Of a stretch of DNA of 64,000 nt, positions 47,105 to 56,684 are shown one piece after another. The notes under the pieces are model-generated. The model worked only from the letters and a program-made list of their open reading frames with translations, had not been told where the DNA came from and did not search any database. Position 1 is the stretch's first letter, and the number at the start of each line of letters is the position of its first letter. Made by a program: the position numbers and the translations under genes. Source of the stretch: Deltaproteobacteria bacterium (lineage in GTDB: Bacteria > Myxococcota > Kuafuiibacteriia > Kuafuiibacteriales > Kuafuiibacteriaceae); assembly GCA_040218735.1 (NCBI GenBank), contig JAVJQW010000007.1, positions 32,001-96,000 of the forward strand. Reading direction: 5' to 3'.

Positions 47105-49216
47105 ATGTCGCGTCGCGCCCTCACTCGCCTCGCGGTGGTCGCCGCGATCGTCCTCCTCATCGCCGGCTACTTCGCGATCCCCCCCTTCGCGGACTTCGAC
47201 GCCGAGGCGCTCGTCGCTAAGGGCAAGGCGTACGACGTCGAGATCGTCCGTGACGCCGAAGGGGTGCCGCACATCTTCGGCGAGCGCGACGTCGACGTCG
47301 CGTACGGCCTCGGCTTCGCGCAGTCGGAGGACGACTTCGCGACGGTGCAGGACATCGTGCTCGCGATGCGCGGGCGCCTCGCCACGGTGAAGGGCCCCGA
47401 GGCCGGGCCGACCGACTACCTCGTCGGGCTATTCGACGTCTGGGGCACCATCGAGCGCCGCTACGACACCGACCTCGACGACGCGACGCGCGCGCTCGCC
47501 GACGCTTACGCGGACGGCGTGAACCACTACGCCGCGCTCCACCCCGAGGAGGTGCTCCCGGGCGTCGTGCCGATGACGGGGCGCGACGTCGTCGCCGGGT
47601 TCGTCTTCAAGATGCCGTTCTTCTACGGGCTCGACCGAACGCTCAAGAAGCTGTTCGCCGGACCGCAGAACCCGACCGCGTTCCTCGCGCCCGAGGTCGC
47701 GTCACCGGAGCTCGGGAGCAACGGCTTCGCGGTCACGTCCACGCGCAGCGGCGACGGCAAGGTCCACCTCGTCGTGAACTCCCACCAGCCCTACACCGGC
47801 CCGGTCGCCTGGTACGAGGCGCACCTGAAGAGCCAAGAGGGTTGGGAGATGTACGGCGGCACGTTCCCCGGCGCGCCGGTGATCCTGCACGGCGTCGGTC
47901 CGCGCCTCGGGTGGGCGAGCACGGTGAACGTGCCGGACCTCGTCGATGTCTACGCGCTCGAGCTCAACCCCGAGGACCCGATGCAGTACCGCCACGACGG
48001 CGGGTGGAAGACCTTCGAGCAGCGCACCATCCCCATCCGCGTGAAGGTGTACGGGCGTCTGTTCTGGACCGTGGAGAAGGTCGCGCTGTCCACCGTGCAC
48101 GGTCCGGTGGTCGAGACGAACCACGGCAAGTTCGCGATTCGCTACGCGGGCCGCGACGAGGTCCGCCAGCTCGCGCAGTACTACCGGATGAACCGCGCGC
48201 AGGACTTCGACGCGTGGCGCGACGCGATGGGGATGCTCGCCATCCCGTGCATCAACTTCGTCTACGCCGATGCCGAGGGGAACGTGGGGCACTTCTACAA
48301 CGGTCAGTTCCCGAAGCGGAAAGAGGGCGTCGACTGGGCCGACACACTCCCCGGCGCCGACCCGTCGCTGGTGTGGACGGAGTACCTGCCGTTCGACGCG
48401 CTCCCCCACACCGTGAACCCGCCGTCGGGGTTCGTGTTCAGCGCGAACCACTCCCCGTACTTCGCGACGGACGGCGCGGGGGCGCCGAAGGCCGAGGACT
48501 TCTCGCCGACGCTCGGCATCGAGACGCGGCTCACGAACCGCGCGCGGCGGGTGCTCGAGCTCGCGCCGGGGCGGGCGCTCGATCGGAAGACGCTCGAGCG
48601 GATCAAGTACGACAAACGGTACCACCCGGAGTCGGACCTGATGACGGAGGTGAAGGCGCTCTGCACGGCGGCGGGCGGCGACGACGAGCTCCTCACCAGC
48701 GCGCGCAAGGTGCTGTGCGCGTGGGACGGCTCGGCGGAGGCGGACAGCCAGCAGGCGGCGCTCGCGATCACCACGGTGGAGCCAATCCTGATGGCGCGTC
48801 GCGAGGGACGCCTGCCTCCGGACGGGCAGTCGTTGTTGCTGTTGAACGCACGCATCCTGATGCGCGTGCACGAGCGGCTGGAGATCGCGTGGGATCTCGT
48901 GAACAAGATCCGCCGCGGCGCGCGCAGCTTCGGGCTCGGCGGCGGCCCCGACACGCTGAGGGCGGTGCACGGCGGGGGCCTCCAGGACGACGGCACGCGC
49001 ACCGCGAACCTCGGCGATACGCTGATCATCTTCGCGTCGTGGGGTTCGGAAGGATGGAGCGCCGACGCGATCCACCAGTTCGGCAGCGCGACGACGCGGC
49101 CTCGGTCGAAGCACTTCGCGGATCAGCTGGAGCGGTTCGCGGAGGAGCAGCTCAGGACGGTGCCGCTCGACGAGGCGGCGATCCGCGCCGTCGCCACGCG
49201 AACGTACCGGCCCTGA
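47105..49216 (+). CDS. Penicillin acylase family (S45) Ntn-hydrolase
   Basis: IVRDAEGVPHI, YGLGFAQSED, autocleavage GSNG, NSHQP, WYEAHL, WASTVN, NFVYAD, SANH. N-terminal TM/signal. Confidence 0.93.
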   Translation: MSRRALTRLAVVAAIVLLIAGYFAIPPFADFDAEALVAKGKAYDVEIVRDAEGVPHIFGERDVDVAYGLGFAQSEDDFATVQDIVLAMRGRLATVKGPEAGPTDYLVGLFDVWGTIERRYDTDLDDATRALADAYADGVNHYAALHPEEVLPGVVPMTGRDVVAGFVFKMPFFYGLDRTLKKLFAGPQNPTAFLAPEVASPELGSNGFAVTSTRSGDGKVHLVVNSHQPYTGPVAWYEAHLKSQEGWEMYGGTFPGAPVILHGVGPRLGWASTVNVPDLVDVYALELNPEDPMQYRHDGGWKTFEQRTIPIRVKVYGRLFWTVEKVALSTVHGPVVETNHGKFAIRYAGRDEVRQLAQYYRMNRAQDFDAWRDAMGMLAIPCINFVYADAEGNVGHFYNGQFPKRKEGVDWADTLPGADPSLVWTEYLPFDALPHTVNPPSGFVFSANHSPYFATDGAGAPKAEDFSPTLGIETRLTNRARRVLELAPGRALDRKTLERIKYDKRYHPESDLMTEVKALCTAAGGDDELLTSARKVLCAWDGSAEADSQQAALAITTVEPILMARREGRLPPDGQSLLLLNARILMRVHERLEIAWDLVNKIRRGARSFGLGGGPDTLRAVHGGGLQDDGTRTANLGDTLIIFASWGSEGWSADAIHQFGSATTRPRSKHFADQLERFAEEQLRTVPLDEAAIRAVATRTYRP

Positions 49217-49356
49217 CCGCGCCCGCCCTCGGGATGGGTGCATTGTTCCTCCGGGGTTGCACATCGTTCGTCGCGTCCGTCGGCGTTGCGCCATCGAGCG
49301 CCCGGATCGCGCTGGCACGAACGGTGCTCTCTCCGCCCTCCGAAAGGAGATTCGAT

Positions 49357-49818
49357 ATGCCTATTCTCGGAGGACTGATCGGTGGCGCGCTCAAGGGCGG
49401 CCTGCTCAAGGGGGCCGCGGGCGGCCTGCTCAAGGGGGGCGGCGGCGGCCTGCTCAAGGGGCTCGCCGGCAAGGGCGGCCTGCTCGGCAAGGCCTTGGAG
49501 GCGGTCGGCGGGCCGCAGGGGATCATGGACATGGTCAGCCAGTTCGCGCAGGGCGGCGGCGGCGCGGAGGAGGCCGGCGGCGCCGAAGGTGGCCAGGATG
49601 CGGCAAAGGGTAAGGGCGGGGACGAGAAGAACCCTCTCGTGAAGCTCGCCAAGCAGTTCGCGAACGCGAAGTCGCCCAAGGACGTCGACAAACTCGTGAA
49701 GGGCCTGAAGAAGAAGCTCGGCAAGAAGGCTTCACCCGAGTTCAACAAGCTGATCGACCAGATCGCGGACGCTCGGAAGGCCTCGCTCGCTGGCGGCGGG
49801 ATGGCGAAGGCGGCGTGA
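49357..49818 (+). CDS. Small Gly/Lys-rich protein with GGLLKG repeats
   Basis: AAGGAGA RBS before ATG 49357. 153 aa with strongly biased codon usage. It is the 3' part of ORF-track entry 47842..49818. Confidence 0.75.
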   Translation: MPILGGLIGGALKGGLLKGAAGGLLKGGGGGLLKGLAGKGGLLGKALEAVGGPQGIMDMVSQFAQGGGGAEEAGGAEGGQDAAKGKGGDEKNPLVKLAKQFANAKSPKDVDKLVKGLKKKLGKKASPEFNKLIDQIADARKASLAGGGMAKAA

Positions 49819-49863
49819 TTCGAGGCGTGGCGCGCGTCGATGGTCCTGCTATGGTCCCGCGCC

Positions 49864-51474
49864 GTGAACCGGGGCCGGATCTTCGTCGTCGCGCTGCTCG
49901 CTGCGCTCGGATGTAAACACGCCGGCAAGAAGCCGACGCGCGGGATCGTCAAGGTCCAGCTCCTCGCGTTCAACGACTTCCACGGGAACCTGCGGCCGCC
50001 GGGTCGAGGCTGGTACGAGGACGGCGAAGAGCTGCCCGCCGGCGGCGCCGACTACTTCGCGGCGCACGTGGCGAAGTACCGCGCGGAGAATCCGAACACC
50101 GTCGTGGTGTCGGCCGGCGACCTCGTGGGCGCGAGCCCGCTGCTGTCGGCGCTCTTCCACGACGAGCCGACGATCGAGGCGATGAACGCGATCGGCCTCG
50201 ACTTCAACGGCGTCGGCAACCACGAGTTCGACGAAGGGCCCGAAGAGCTGGTGCGCCTCGCCAAGGGGGGCTGCCACCCGAAGGACGGCTGCCAGGACGG
50301 CACGCCGTACGAGGGCGCCAAGTTCGCGTTCCTCGCGGCGAACGTGCACCGCGCGGACTCGACGTTGTTTCCGCCGTACGCGATCCGCGAGTTCGAGGGG
50401 GTGAAGATCGCCTTCATCGGGATGACGCTGGAGGGGACGCCGAACGTCGTGCCGCCGGTGATCGAGGGGCTCGACTTCAGCGACGAAGCCGACACCGCGA
50501 ACGCGCTCGCCGAGAAGCTCGCGAAGGAGGGTGTGCACGCCATCGTGGTGATCGTGCACGAAGGCGGCTTCGCGAAGGGCGGCTACAACGGTTGCCGCGA
50601 CGCCTCCGGACCGATCGTCGACGTGGTGAAGCGGATGAGCCCGGCGATCGACGTCGTCGTCTCCGGCCACACGCACCAGGCGTACAACTGCGTCATCGAT
50701 CGAAAGCGCGTCACGAGCGCGGGGAGCTTCGGGCGTCTGCTGACGAAGATCGATCTCACGATCGACGGCGCCGACGGCAACATCGTCCGCGCCGACGCGA
50801 AAAACGTGATCGTCACGCACGACGTCGACGCCGACGCGGCGATCGGGAAGCTCGTCGATCGCTACGAGAAACTCGCGGCACCGCTCGCCGACGAGGTCGT
50901 CGGCCACATCACGGAGCCGCTCACGAAACGCGAGAACCCCGCGGGCGAGAGCGCGCTCGGTACGGTCATCGCGGATGCTCAGCTCGCGGCGACGCGCGCG
51001 GCCGACCAAGGGGGCGCGCAGCTCGCGATCATGAACGCGGGCGGGGTGCGGACGGATCTCGACAAGGCGGGCGAGGTGACCTTCGGGCAGATCTTCGCGG
51101 TGCAGCCGTTCGGGAACACACTCGTGACGATGAGTTTGACCGGCGAGCAGCTCGATCAGGTGCTCGAGGATCAGTGGGGCGGTGATCGCGCGCGGATGCT
51201 CAACCTCTCGTCGTCGGTCGAGTACAGCTGGAGTCGCTCGGCACCGGTGGGTGAGAAGGTCGACATCGCGTCGATCCGCATCGACGGCAAGCCGGTCGAA
51301 GCGTCCGGCACGTATCGCGTCACCGTGAACAACTACCTCGCGGATCGCGGGCTGCTGTCGAAGGGGACGGATCGAACGCCGGGAGTGCTCGATCTCGACG
51401 CGCTGGTCGCCTATCTCGCCGCCAACGATCCGCTCGCGCCGCCGGCACTCTCTCGTATTCGCTCCGTGCCCTGA
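49864..51474 (+). CDS. Bifunctional metallophosphatase / 5'-nucleotidase lipoprotein
   Basis: Lipobox ALGC. FNDFHG, SAGD, GNHEFD, SGHTH, NAGGVR, VQPFGN. Confidence 0.95.
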   Translation: MNRGRIFVVALLAALGCKHAGKKPTRGIVKVQLLAFNDFHGNLRPPGRGWYEDGEELPAGGADYFAAHVAKYRAENPNTVVVSAGDLVGASPLLSALFHDEPTIEAMNAIGLDFNGVGNHEFDEGPEELVRLAKGGCHPKDGCQDGTPYEGAKFAFLAANVHRADSTLFPPYAIREFEGVKIAFIGMTLEGTPNVVPPVIEGLDFSDEADTANALAEKLAKEGVHAIVVIVHEGGFAKGGYNGCRDASGPIVDVVKRMSPAIDVVVSGHTHQAYNCVIDRKRVTSAGSFGRLLTKIDLTIDGADGNIVRADAKNVIVTHDVDADAAIGKLVDRYEKLAAPLADEVVGHITEPLTKRENPAGESALGTVIADAQLAATRAADQGGAQLAIMNAGGVRTDLDKAGEVTFGQIFAVQPFGNTLVTMSLTGEQLDQVLEDQWGGDRARMLNLSSSVEYSWSRSAPVGEKVDIASIRIDGKPVEASGTYRVTVNNYLADRGLLSKGTDRTPGVLDLDALVAYLAANDPLAPPALSRIRSVP

Positions 51475-51530
51475 CTGTCCCGGCGATCGCCCTCTCACCT
51501 GCGGCCGGGACTTCGGGTACCGTTTCTTCG

Positions 51531-52922
51531 ATGGTGGCGATCAACCGACGCTCGGCGCTCCGCTTGCTCGGCGGCGCGGTCGGCGCGCCCTTGTTGTACG
51601 CGTGCGGCGGCCGCGATGCGCGACCGCTGTCCGAGTCGATCGACACCGTGGTGCTCCTGATGATGGAGAACCGCAGCTTCGACAATTACTACGGCGCGAT
51701 GTCGATGGTGGAGGGGCGGCGTGACCTCGATGGGCTCCTCCCTTCGATGAGCAACCCCGACCTCGCCGGCGAGGCGGTCGCGGTGCACCCCGCGGACCTG
51801 AACTGCATCGCGGATCCGCGGCACTCGTGGACGTCGAGTCACCGCCAGTTCAACGAAGGTAGGAACGACGGCTTCGTCACCGAGCACGAGCAACGGTACG
51901 GCTTCGAAGAGCGGCACCGTCCGATGGGGTACTTCGATCGTCGCACGCTCCCCGCGCACTACGGGATCGGCGGGCACTACGCGATCTGCGATCGGTGGTT
52001 CAGCTCGTTGATGACGAGCACCTGGCCCAACCGCTTCTACACCCTCGGTGCGCAGAACAACGGTATCCGCGGGAACGACTTCGAGGGCGACTACGGCTTC
52101 ATCAACATCTACGACCGCCTCGGCCGCGCCGGCATCCCGTGGTCGGTCTACTACGGGAACATCTCGTTCTCGTCGCTGTTCCCGCGCAAGTACCCGCAAG
52201 ACAACTTTCGGGAGCTGATGCGGTTCTTCGACGACGCGGAGGCGGGCACGCTGCCGAACTTCGTGATGGTCGAACCGATCTACGGGCGCAACGACGATCA
52301 CCCGCCGGAGCACCCGCTCGCGGGGCAGGTGTTGATCCAGTCGATCTACGACGCGCTCGCGAAGAGCCCGCAGTGGGAGCGCTCGCTCTTCATCGTCACC
52401 TACGACGAACACGGTGGCTTCTTCGATCACGTCGCGCCGCCGAAGGTGCCGGACCTCTTCGCGGACGACGGGTTCGATCAGCTCGGGTTCCGCGTGCCGG
52501 CGTTCGTCGCGGGGCCGTTCGTGAAGCAGGGGCACGTCGAGCACACCGTCTTCGATCACACGTCGGTGCTCGCGTTCGTCGAGCGGCTGTGGGGCCTCAA
52601 CCCGCTCACCCCCCGTGACGCTGCGGCGAACGACCTGAGCGTGCTGCTCGACGAGCGACGCCTGCGCGACGACCGGCCCGCGGCGCCGCTCGAGCTCCCG
52701 CGGATCGACGCCGAAGAGTCCGTGATCTATGCGCCGGAGTGTGTCGTGAGCATCGGACCGTTCGCCGGCGCGTTGGATCTGTTCGGTCAGCCGGAGCTGA
52801 CGGCGTTCGTCGCGAATCACTTCGCGGGTACGTCGTTCGACCGACGGCACCAGACCGACACGGTCTACGAGGACTTCCTCGAGCACGCCGAGCGGCGTGG
52901 TGTCCTGCGCCGCAGAATTTGA
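51531..52922 (+). CDS. Phospholipase C / phosphoesterase family, Tat-exported lipoprotein
   Basis: NRRSAL twin-Arg signal + LYAC lipobox. MMENRSFDNY, TWPNR, DDHP, TYDEHGGFFDHV, GFRVP, DHTS. Confidence 0.93.
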   Translation: MVAINRRSALRLLGGAVGAPLLYACGGRDARPLSESIDTVVLLMMENRSFDNYYGAMSMVEGRRDLDGLLPSMSNPDLAGEAVAVHPADLNCIADPRHSWTSSHRQFNEGRNDGFVTEHEQRYGFEERHRPMGYFDRRTLPAHYGIGGHYAICDRWFSSLMTSTWPNRFYTLGAQNNGIRGNDFEGDYGFINIYDRLGRAGIPWSVYYGNISFSSLFPRKYPQDNFRELMRFFDDAEAGTLPNFVMVEPIYGRNDDHPPEHPLAGQVLIQSIYDALAKSPQWERSLFIVTYDEHGGFFDHVAPPKVPDLFADDGFDQLGFRVPAFVAGPFVKQGHVEHTVFDHTSVLAFVERLWGLNPLTPRDAAANDLSVLLDERRLRDDRPAAPLELPRIDAEESVIYAPECVVSIGPFAGALDLFGQPELTAFVANHFAGTSFDRRHQTDTVYEDFLEHAERRGVLRRRI

Positions 52923-53034
52923 CCGCGGTCACGCCGCGCCGATCACGGGCCCGTGTTAGATCGTTCGCGCGTCGGGTGCGTTCGAGGGCCGAACGTCCCC
53001 GAACCCCAACGAGAGAGCGAAAGTCGAAGATCCG

Positions 53035-55065
53035 ATGTCGTTGCCCCTATTGTTCGCCGCGCTCGCGGCGGCCCCCGTCCCCAAAATTAACGCCGGTCCC
53101 GATCTCGCCGACCAGGCCGTCGACGTCGACGCGCCGATTCAGCGAGTCACCGTCTTCTCCGACCGCGCCACCGTGATGCGCCGCGCGACGGTGCCGATGG
53201 GGAGCGCGATCGTCACCGCGCGGCTCCCCGAGCTCCCCGGCAACACGTCGGCCGGGAGCGTCCGCGTATCCGCGCGCGGTGCGCAAGTCTGGCGTATCGA
53301 GGTTGCGCCGGTCTCGAAGATCGGGATCTCCATCCCGCAGGCCGACGCTTGGCTCGAACAGATCGACGAGCTCACCGACGAGATCGCACGCGTCGACGCG
53401 CGCATTGCCGCGGTCGACTTCCGGCTGAGCCTGCTCATGGGCATCAACCCCGCGGCGCCGGTGCCGGAGGCCCAGCGCGACGGTCGCCCGCGCGCGCCCC
53501 TCGCACCCTCGGTGTGGCAGCGGGCGATGGCGTTCCTGAGCACCGACCGCGCCGCGGCGCGAGCGGCGCGTCGTGGCCTCGTCGACGAACGCGAGAAACA
53601 CAGTGAAGCGCTCGCGCAGCTGCAGCGGGAGATCGCGCGCCTCAATCAGGGCGGCTTCTCCAGCCAGCGCCAGCAGGTCGTCGTGATCCTGCAGAAGGAA
53701 GGCAAGGCCAACGCGACGCTGGAGGTCGAGTACACCGTGCCGGGTGCGTCCTGGCGGCCCGCGTACGACCTCACCTACCTCGCGGCGAAGAACCAGGTCG
53801 TGCTCGAGACGTCGGCGCGGGTGACGCAGGCGTCGGGCGAGGACTGGAGCGACGTCGAGCTGCTGCTGTCGACGGCCATCCCCGGCGCGAACATCGCGCT
53901 GCCGAAGCTGCTGACGTGGACGCTCGGGGAGGCGAAGGAGCTCATCCCTCAGCCCCGTCCGCGCACGGCGCTGCCGCGCCCGCAGGTCTTCGCCCCGCCG
54001 CGTCCGGTGGTGAGCGAGCGCGACCGCGAGCGCGCGGAGCGGATTCAGCTGCTGCAACAGCGGTTGCAGCTCGCGTCGAACGTCACGAAGGAGCGCGTCA
54101 CGATCGACTTCTCGGACATGAACATCCAGGGCGAGCTGGTGAAGCCCGAGGGCGCGTACATCAAGCTGGCCGAGAAGAAGCGCTCGCGTCCGCCGAGCCG
54201 CCGGAGCCGTCGGATGCAATCCGACGCTCCTTCCGCGGCGCCGTCCGCGCCGATGCCGATGGACGAGGCGGACGTGATGATGTCCGAGTCGATCGTCACG
54301 ACGGGGGCCTCGGCGGGCTCCGCGTCCGCGCAAGCCAGGTTGCGGGCGTCCGGACCGAGCGGTAGCCGCCGCGGGCTCGCGCTGTACGAGTCGGCGCCAC
54401 CGCCGCGCTTCCGTTTCAGCGATCAGTCGCTCCCGGCGATGCTCGCGGGGGGCTTCGACTACGTCTACGAAGCCCAGACGCAGACGACGGTGCCTTCGGA
54501 CGGTCGTGAGGTGCGAGTGCCGCTGTCCGCGGACCAGCACCCGGTGCAGGCGTACTACGAGGCGACGCCGTCGCTCGCGAAGACGGCGTACCTGGAGGCG
54601 ACGGTCACGAACCAGAGCAAGCAGCCGATCCTCGGCGGGCCGGTGACGATCTTCGTCGGTGATCAGTTCTCCGGCGACGGGAGCCTCGCGACGACGGGCC
54701 CCGGCGGCGACATCGAGCTGCCGCTCGGTGCCGACGAGGACGTGAAGGTCGAGCGGCGCATCGAGCCGCAGACGGAGACGAGCGGCGTCATCATGCGCGA
54801 GGACATCACGACGTACCGCGTGGTGCTGCAGGTCGCGAACTTCAAGCGGCGCGCGATCACGGTGGGGGTGATGGAGCCGCTGCCGAAGACGACGAACGAG
54901 GACATCGAGATCGAGCTCGTGAGCGCGAAGCCGAAGCAGACGAAGGGGCCGGACGAGCAGGGGCTCATGCGGTGGGACGTCGAGCTGAAGCCGGGTGAGA
55001 AGAAGACGATCGAGCTGGTCTACAAGATCGAGCGGCCGGAAAACTGGCAGCTCTACCAGCGATGA
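53035..55065 (+). CDS. DUF4140/DUF4139 (MuiA-like) protein, copy 1
   Basis: IQRVTVFSDRA, ASWRPAYDL, QASGEDWSDVELLLST, LPLGADEDV, WDVEL. Confidence 0.88.
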   Translation: MSLPLLFAALAAAPVPKINAGPDLADQAVDVDAPIQRVTVFSDRATVMRRATVPMGSAIVTARLPELPGNTSAGSVRVSARGAQVWRIEVAPVSKIGISIPQADAWLEQIDELTDEIARVDARIAAVDFRLSLLMGINPAAPVPEAQRDGRPRAPLAPSVWQRAMAFLSTDRAAARAARRGLVDEREKHSEALAQLQREIARLNQGGFSSQRQQVVVILQKEGKANATLEVEYTVPGASWRPAYDLTYLAAKNQVVLETSARVTQASGEDWSDVELLLSTAIPGANIALPKLLTWTLGEAKELIPQPRPRTALPRPQVFAPPRPVVSERDRERAERIQLLQQRLQLASNVTKERVTIDFSDMNIQGELVKPEGAYIKLAEKKRSRPPSRRSRRMQSDAPSAAPSAPMPMDEADVMMSESIVTTGASAGSASAQARLRASGPSGSRRGLALYESAPPPRFRFSDQSLPAMLAGGFDYVYEAQTQTTVPSDGREVRVPLSADQHPVQAYYEATPSLAKTAYLEATVTNQSKQPILGGPVTIFVGDQFSGDGSLATTGPGGDIELPLGADEDVKVERRIEPQTETSGVIMREDITTYRVVLQVANFKRRAITVGVMEPLPKTTNEDIEIELVSAKPKQTKGPDEQGLMRWDVELKPGEKKTIELVYKIERPENWQLYQR

Positions 55066-55076
55066 GGAGGCGCACC

Positions 55077-56681
55077 ATGAAGTATTCGATCACGATTCTG
55101 TCCCTCCTCATCAGCGCGCCGGCGTTCGGCGCGGACGGCGACATCACGGATGTCACGGTGTTCTCGGATCGCGCGGAGGTCACGCGTACGGCGCGGGCGC
55201 AGTGCGACGGTACGGGGCGCGGCGAAGTGCAGTTCCCGCCGCTGCCGGTGTCGATCGACATGCGCACGCTGCGCGCGGAGGCTGCGGGCCGCGCGCGCGC
55301 GGTGGGGGTGTCGAGTCGGCGGACCTCCGTGGTCGCCGAGCAGGACGACGCCCGTTCGAAGCTCGAGAAACAGATCGAGGACATCGACGCGAAGCTGAAG
55401 GTCCTGAACGACGCGCAGGTGGAGAGCGACGAGCGCTCGCGCACCGCGCAGGGATTCACGTCCTACTACAAGAACGTGGTCGGCGAGGCGATCCGCGACC
55501 CGCGGGCGAAGTCTTCCGAGTGGAAGGCGGCGGTCGACTTCCTCGTCGCGCAGATCGAGGAGGAGCGTCTGAAGACCGTCGAGCGCGGGGTCCAGACAAG
55601 GGCCTTGAACCGCGAGCGTCAGTCGTTGGCGAACGACCTCGCGCGCCTCGGTGCCGCGGGGAGCGCGCGCGAGGTGATCGACGCGCGGGTCGCCGTGCAG
55701 TGCGGCGGTGAGAACGCGCCGTCGGTGCGGCTGTCGTACGTGGTGCCGGGCGCGACGTGGCGACCGGAGTACGACCTGCGCTTCGACGCGAAGGCGCGCG
55801 ACGGGATCGGCGGGGGCACGGTGTCGCTGACGGTCGGGGCGATCGTCACGCAGTCGACGGGCGAGGACTGGACCGACGCGAGGATCGCAATGTCGACATC
55901 CAAGCCGCGCCTCGGGAGCTCGGCGCCGCTGCCGGCCGCGCTGTACATCGACGGCAACAAGGCGGGCGACGAGAAGGTCTTGGTGTCGGGGCAGGAGGAG
56001 CGCAAGAACCTGTCGGGTGCGAAGGACGCCGAGGCGGCGGGTCCGCAGAGCGTCGAGCTGGAGGACTTCGGTCAGACGTTCACGTTGTCGTTCCCGCACG
56101 CGGCGACGGTGAAGGCGGACGGTCGTCCGTACTGGATGCCGGTGGATCGGGTGCGCGGGAAGGGCGACGCGACGTTGGTCGCGGTGCCGAAGCTGTCGCG
56201 CTACGTCTACCTCGCGCTCGCGTTCGACAACCCGGCGAAGTTCCCGCTCCTGGAGGGGACGGTGCACCTGTACCGCGGAGGATCTTGGGTGGGCGACGCG
56301 ACGATGACGTACCGCGCGCCGCGCGAGCCGATCGAGCTGTCGCTCGGCGTCGATGAGTCGTACTTGGTCGACCGCTTCGATCTGCGCGAGGCCGACGAGA
56401 CGTCGAGCTTCCTCGGCGGCACGCGTCGCTACGAGCGTCGTTACCGCACGCGGATCGAGAACCGCTCGGCGTCGAAGGTGCGTATCGAGATCCGCGAGCA
56501 CATCCCCGTCAGCAAGGACGAGGACATCGAGGTCACGCTCGACAAGGAGACGACGAAGGGCCGCAAGTTCGACAAGGACCGAGGCTTCGTCACCTTCCAG
56601 CTCGACGTCCCGGCGCGGAAGTCCGCGAGCACGGATCTGGCCTATACGATCGCGCTGCCGAAGGACTGGAAGGTCAACTGA
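55077..56681 (+). CDS. DUF4140/DUF4139 (MuiA-like) protein, copy 2
   Basis: GAGGAGG RBS, signal peptide, VTVFSDRAEV, ATWRPEYDL, QSTGEDW, LSLGVD, EHIPVS. Confidence 0.9.
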   Translation: MKYSITILSLLISAPAFGADGDITDVTVFSDRAEVTRTARAQCDGTGRGEVQFPPLPVSIDMRTLRAEAAGRARAVGVSSRRTSVVAEQDDARSKLEKQIEDIDAKLKVLNDAQVESDERSRTAQGFTSYYKNVVGEAIRDPRAKSSEWKAAVDFLVAQIEEERLKTVERGVQTRALNRERQSLANDLARLGAAGSAREVIDARVAVQCGGENAPSVRLSYVVPGATWRPEYDLRFDAKARDGIGGGTVSLTVGAIVTQSTGEDWTDARIAMSTSKPRLGSSAPLPAALYIDGNKAGDEKVLVSGQEERKNLSGAKDAEAAGPQSVELEDFGQTFTLSFPHAATVKADGRPYWMPVDRVRGKGDATLVAVPKLSRYVYLALAFDNPAKFPLLEGTVHLYRGGSWVGDATMTYRAPREPIELSLGVDESYLVDRFDLREADETSSFLGGTRRYERRYRTRIENRSASKVRIEIREHIPVSKDEDIEVTLDKETTKGRKFDKDRGFVTFQLDVPARKSASTDLAYTIALPKDWKVN

Positions 56682-56684
56682 CGG

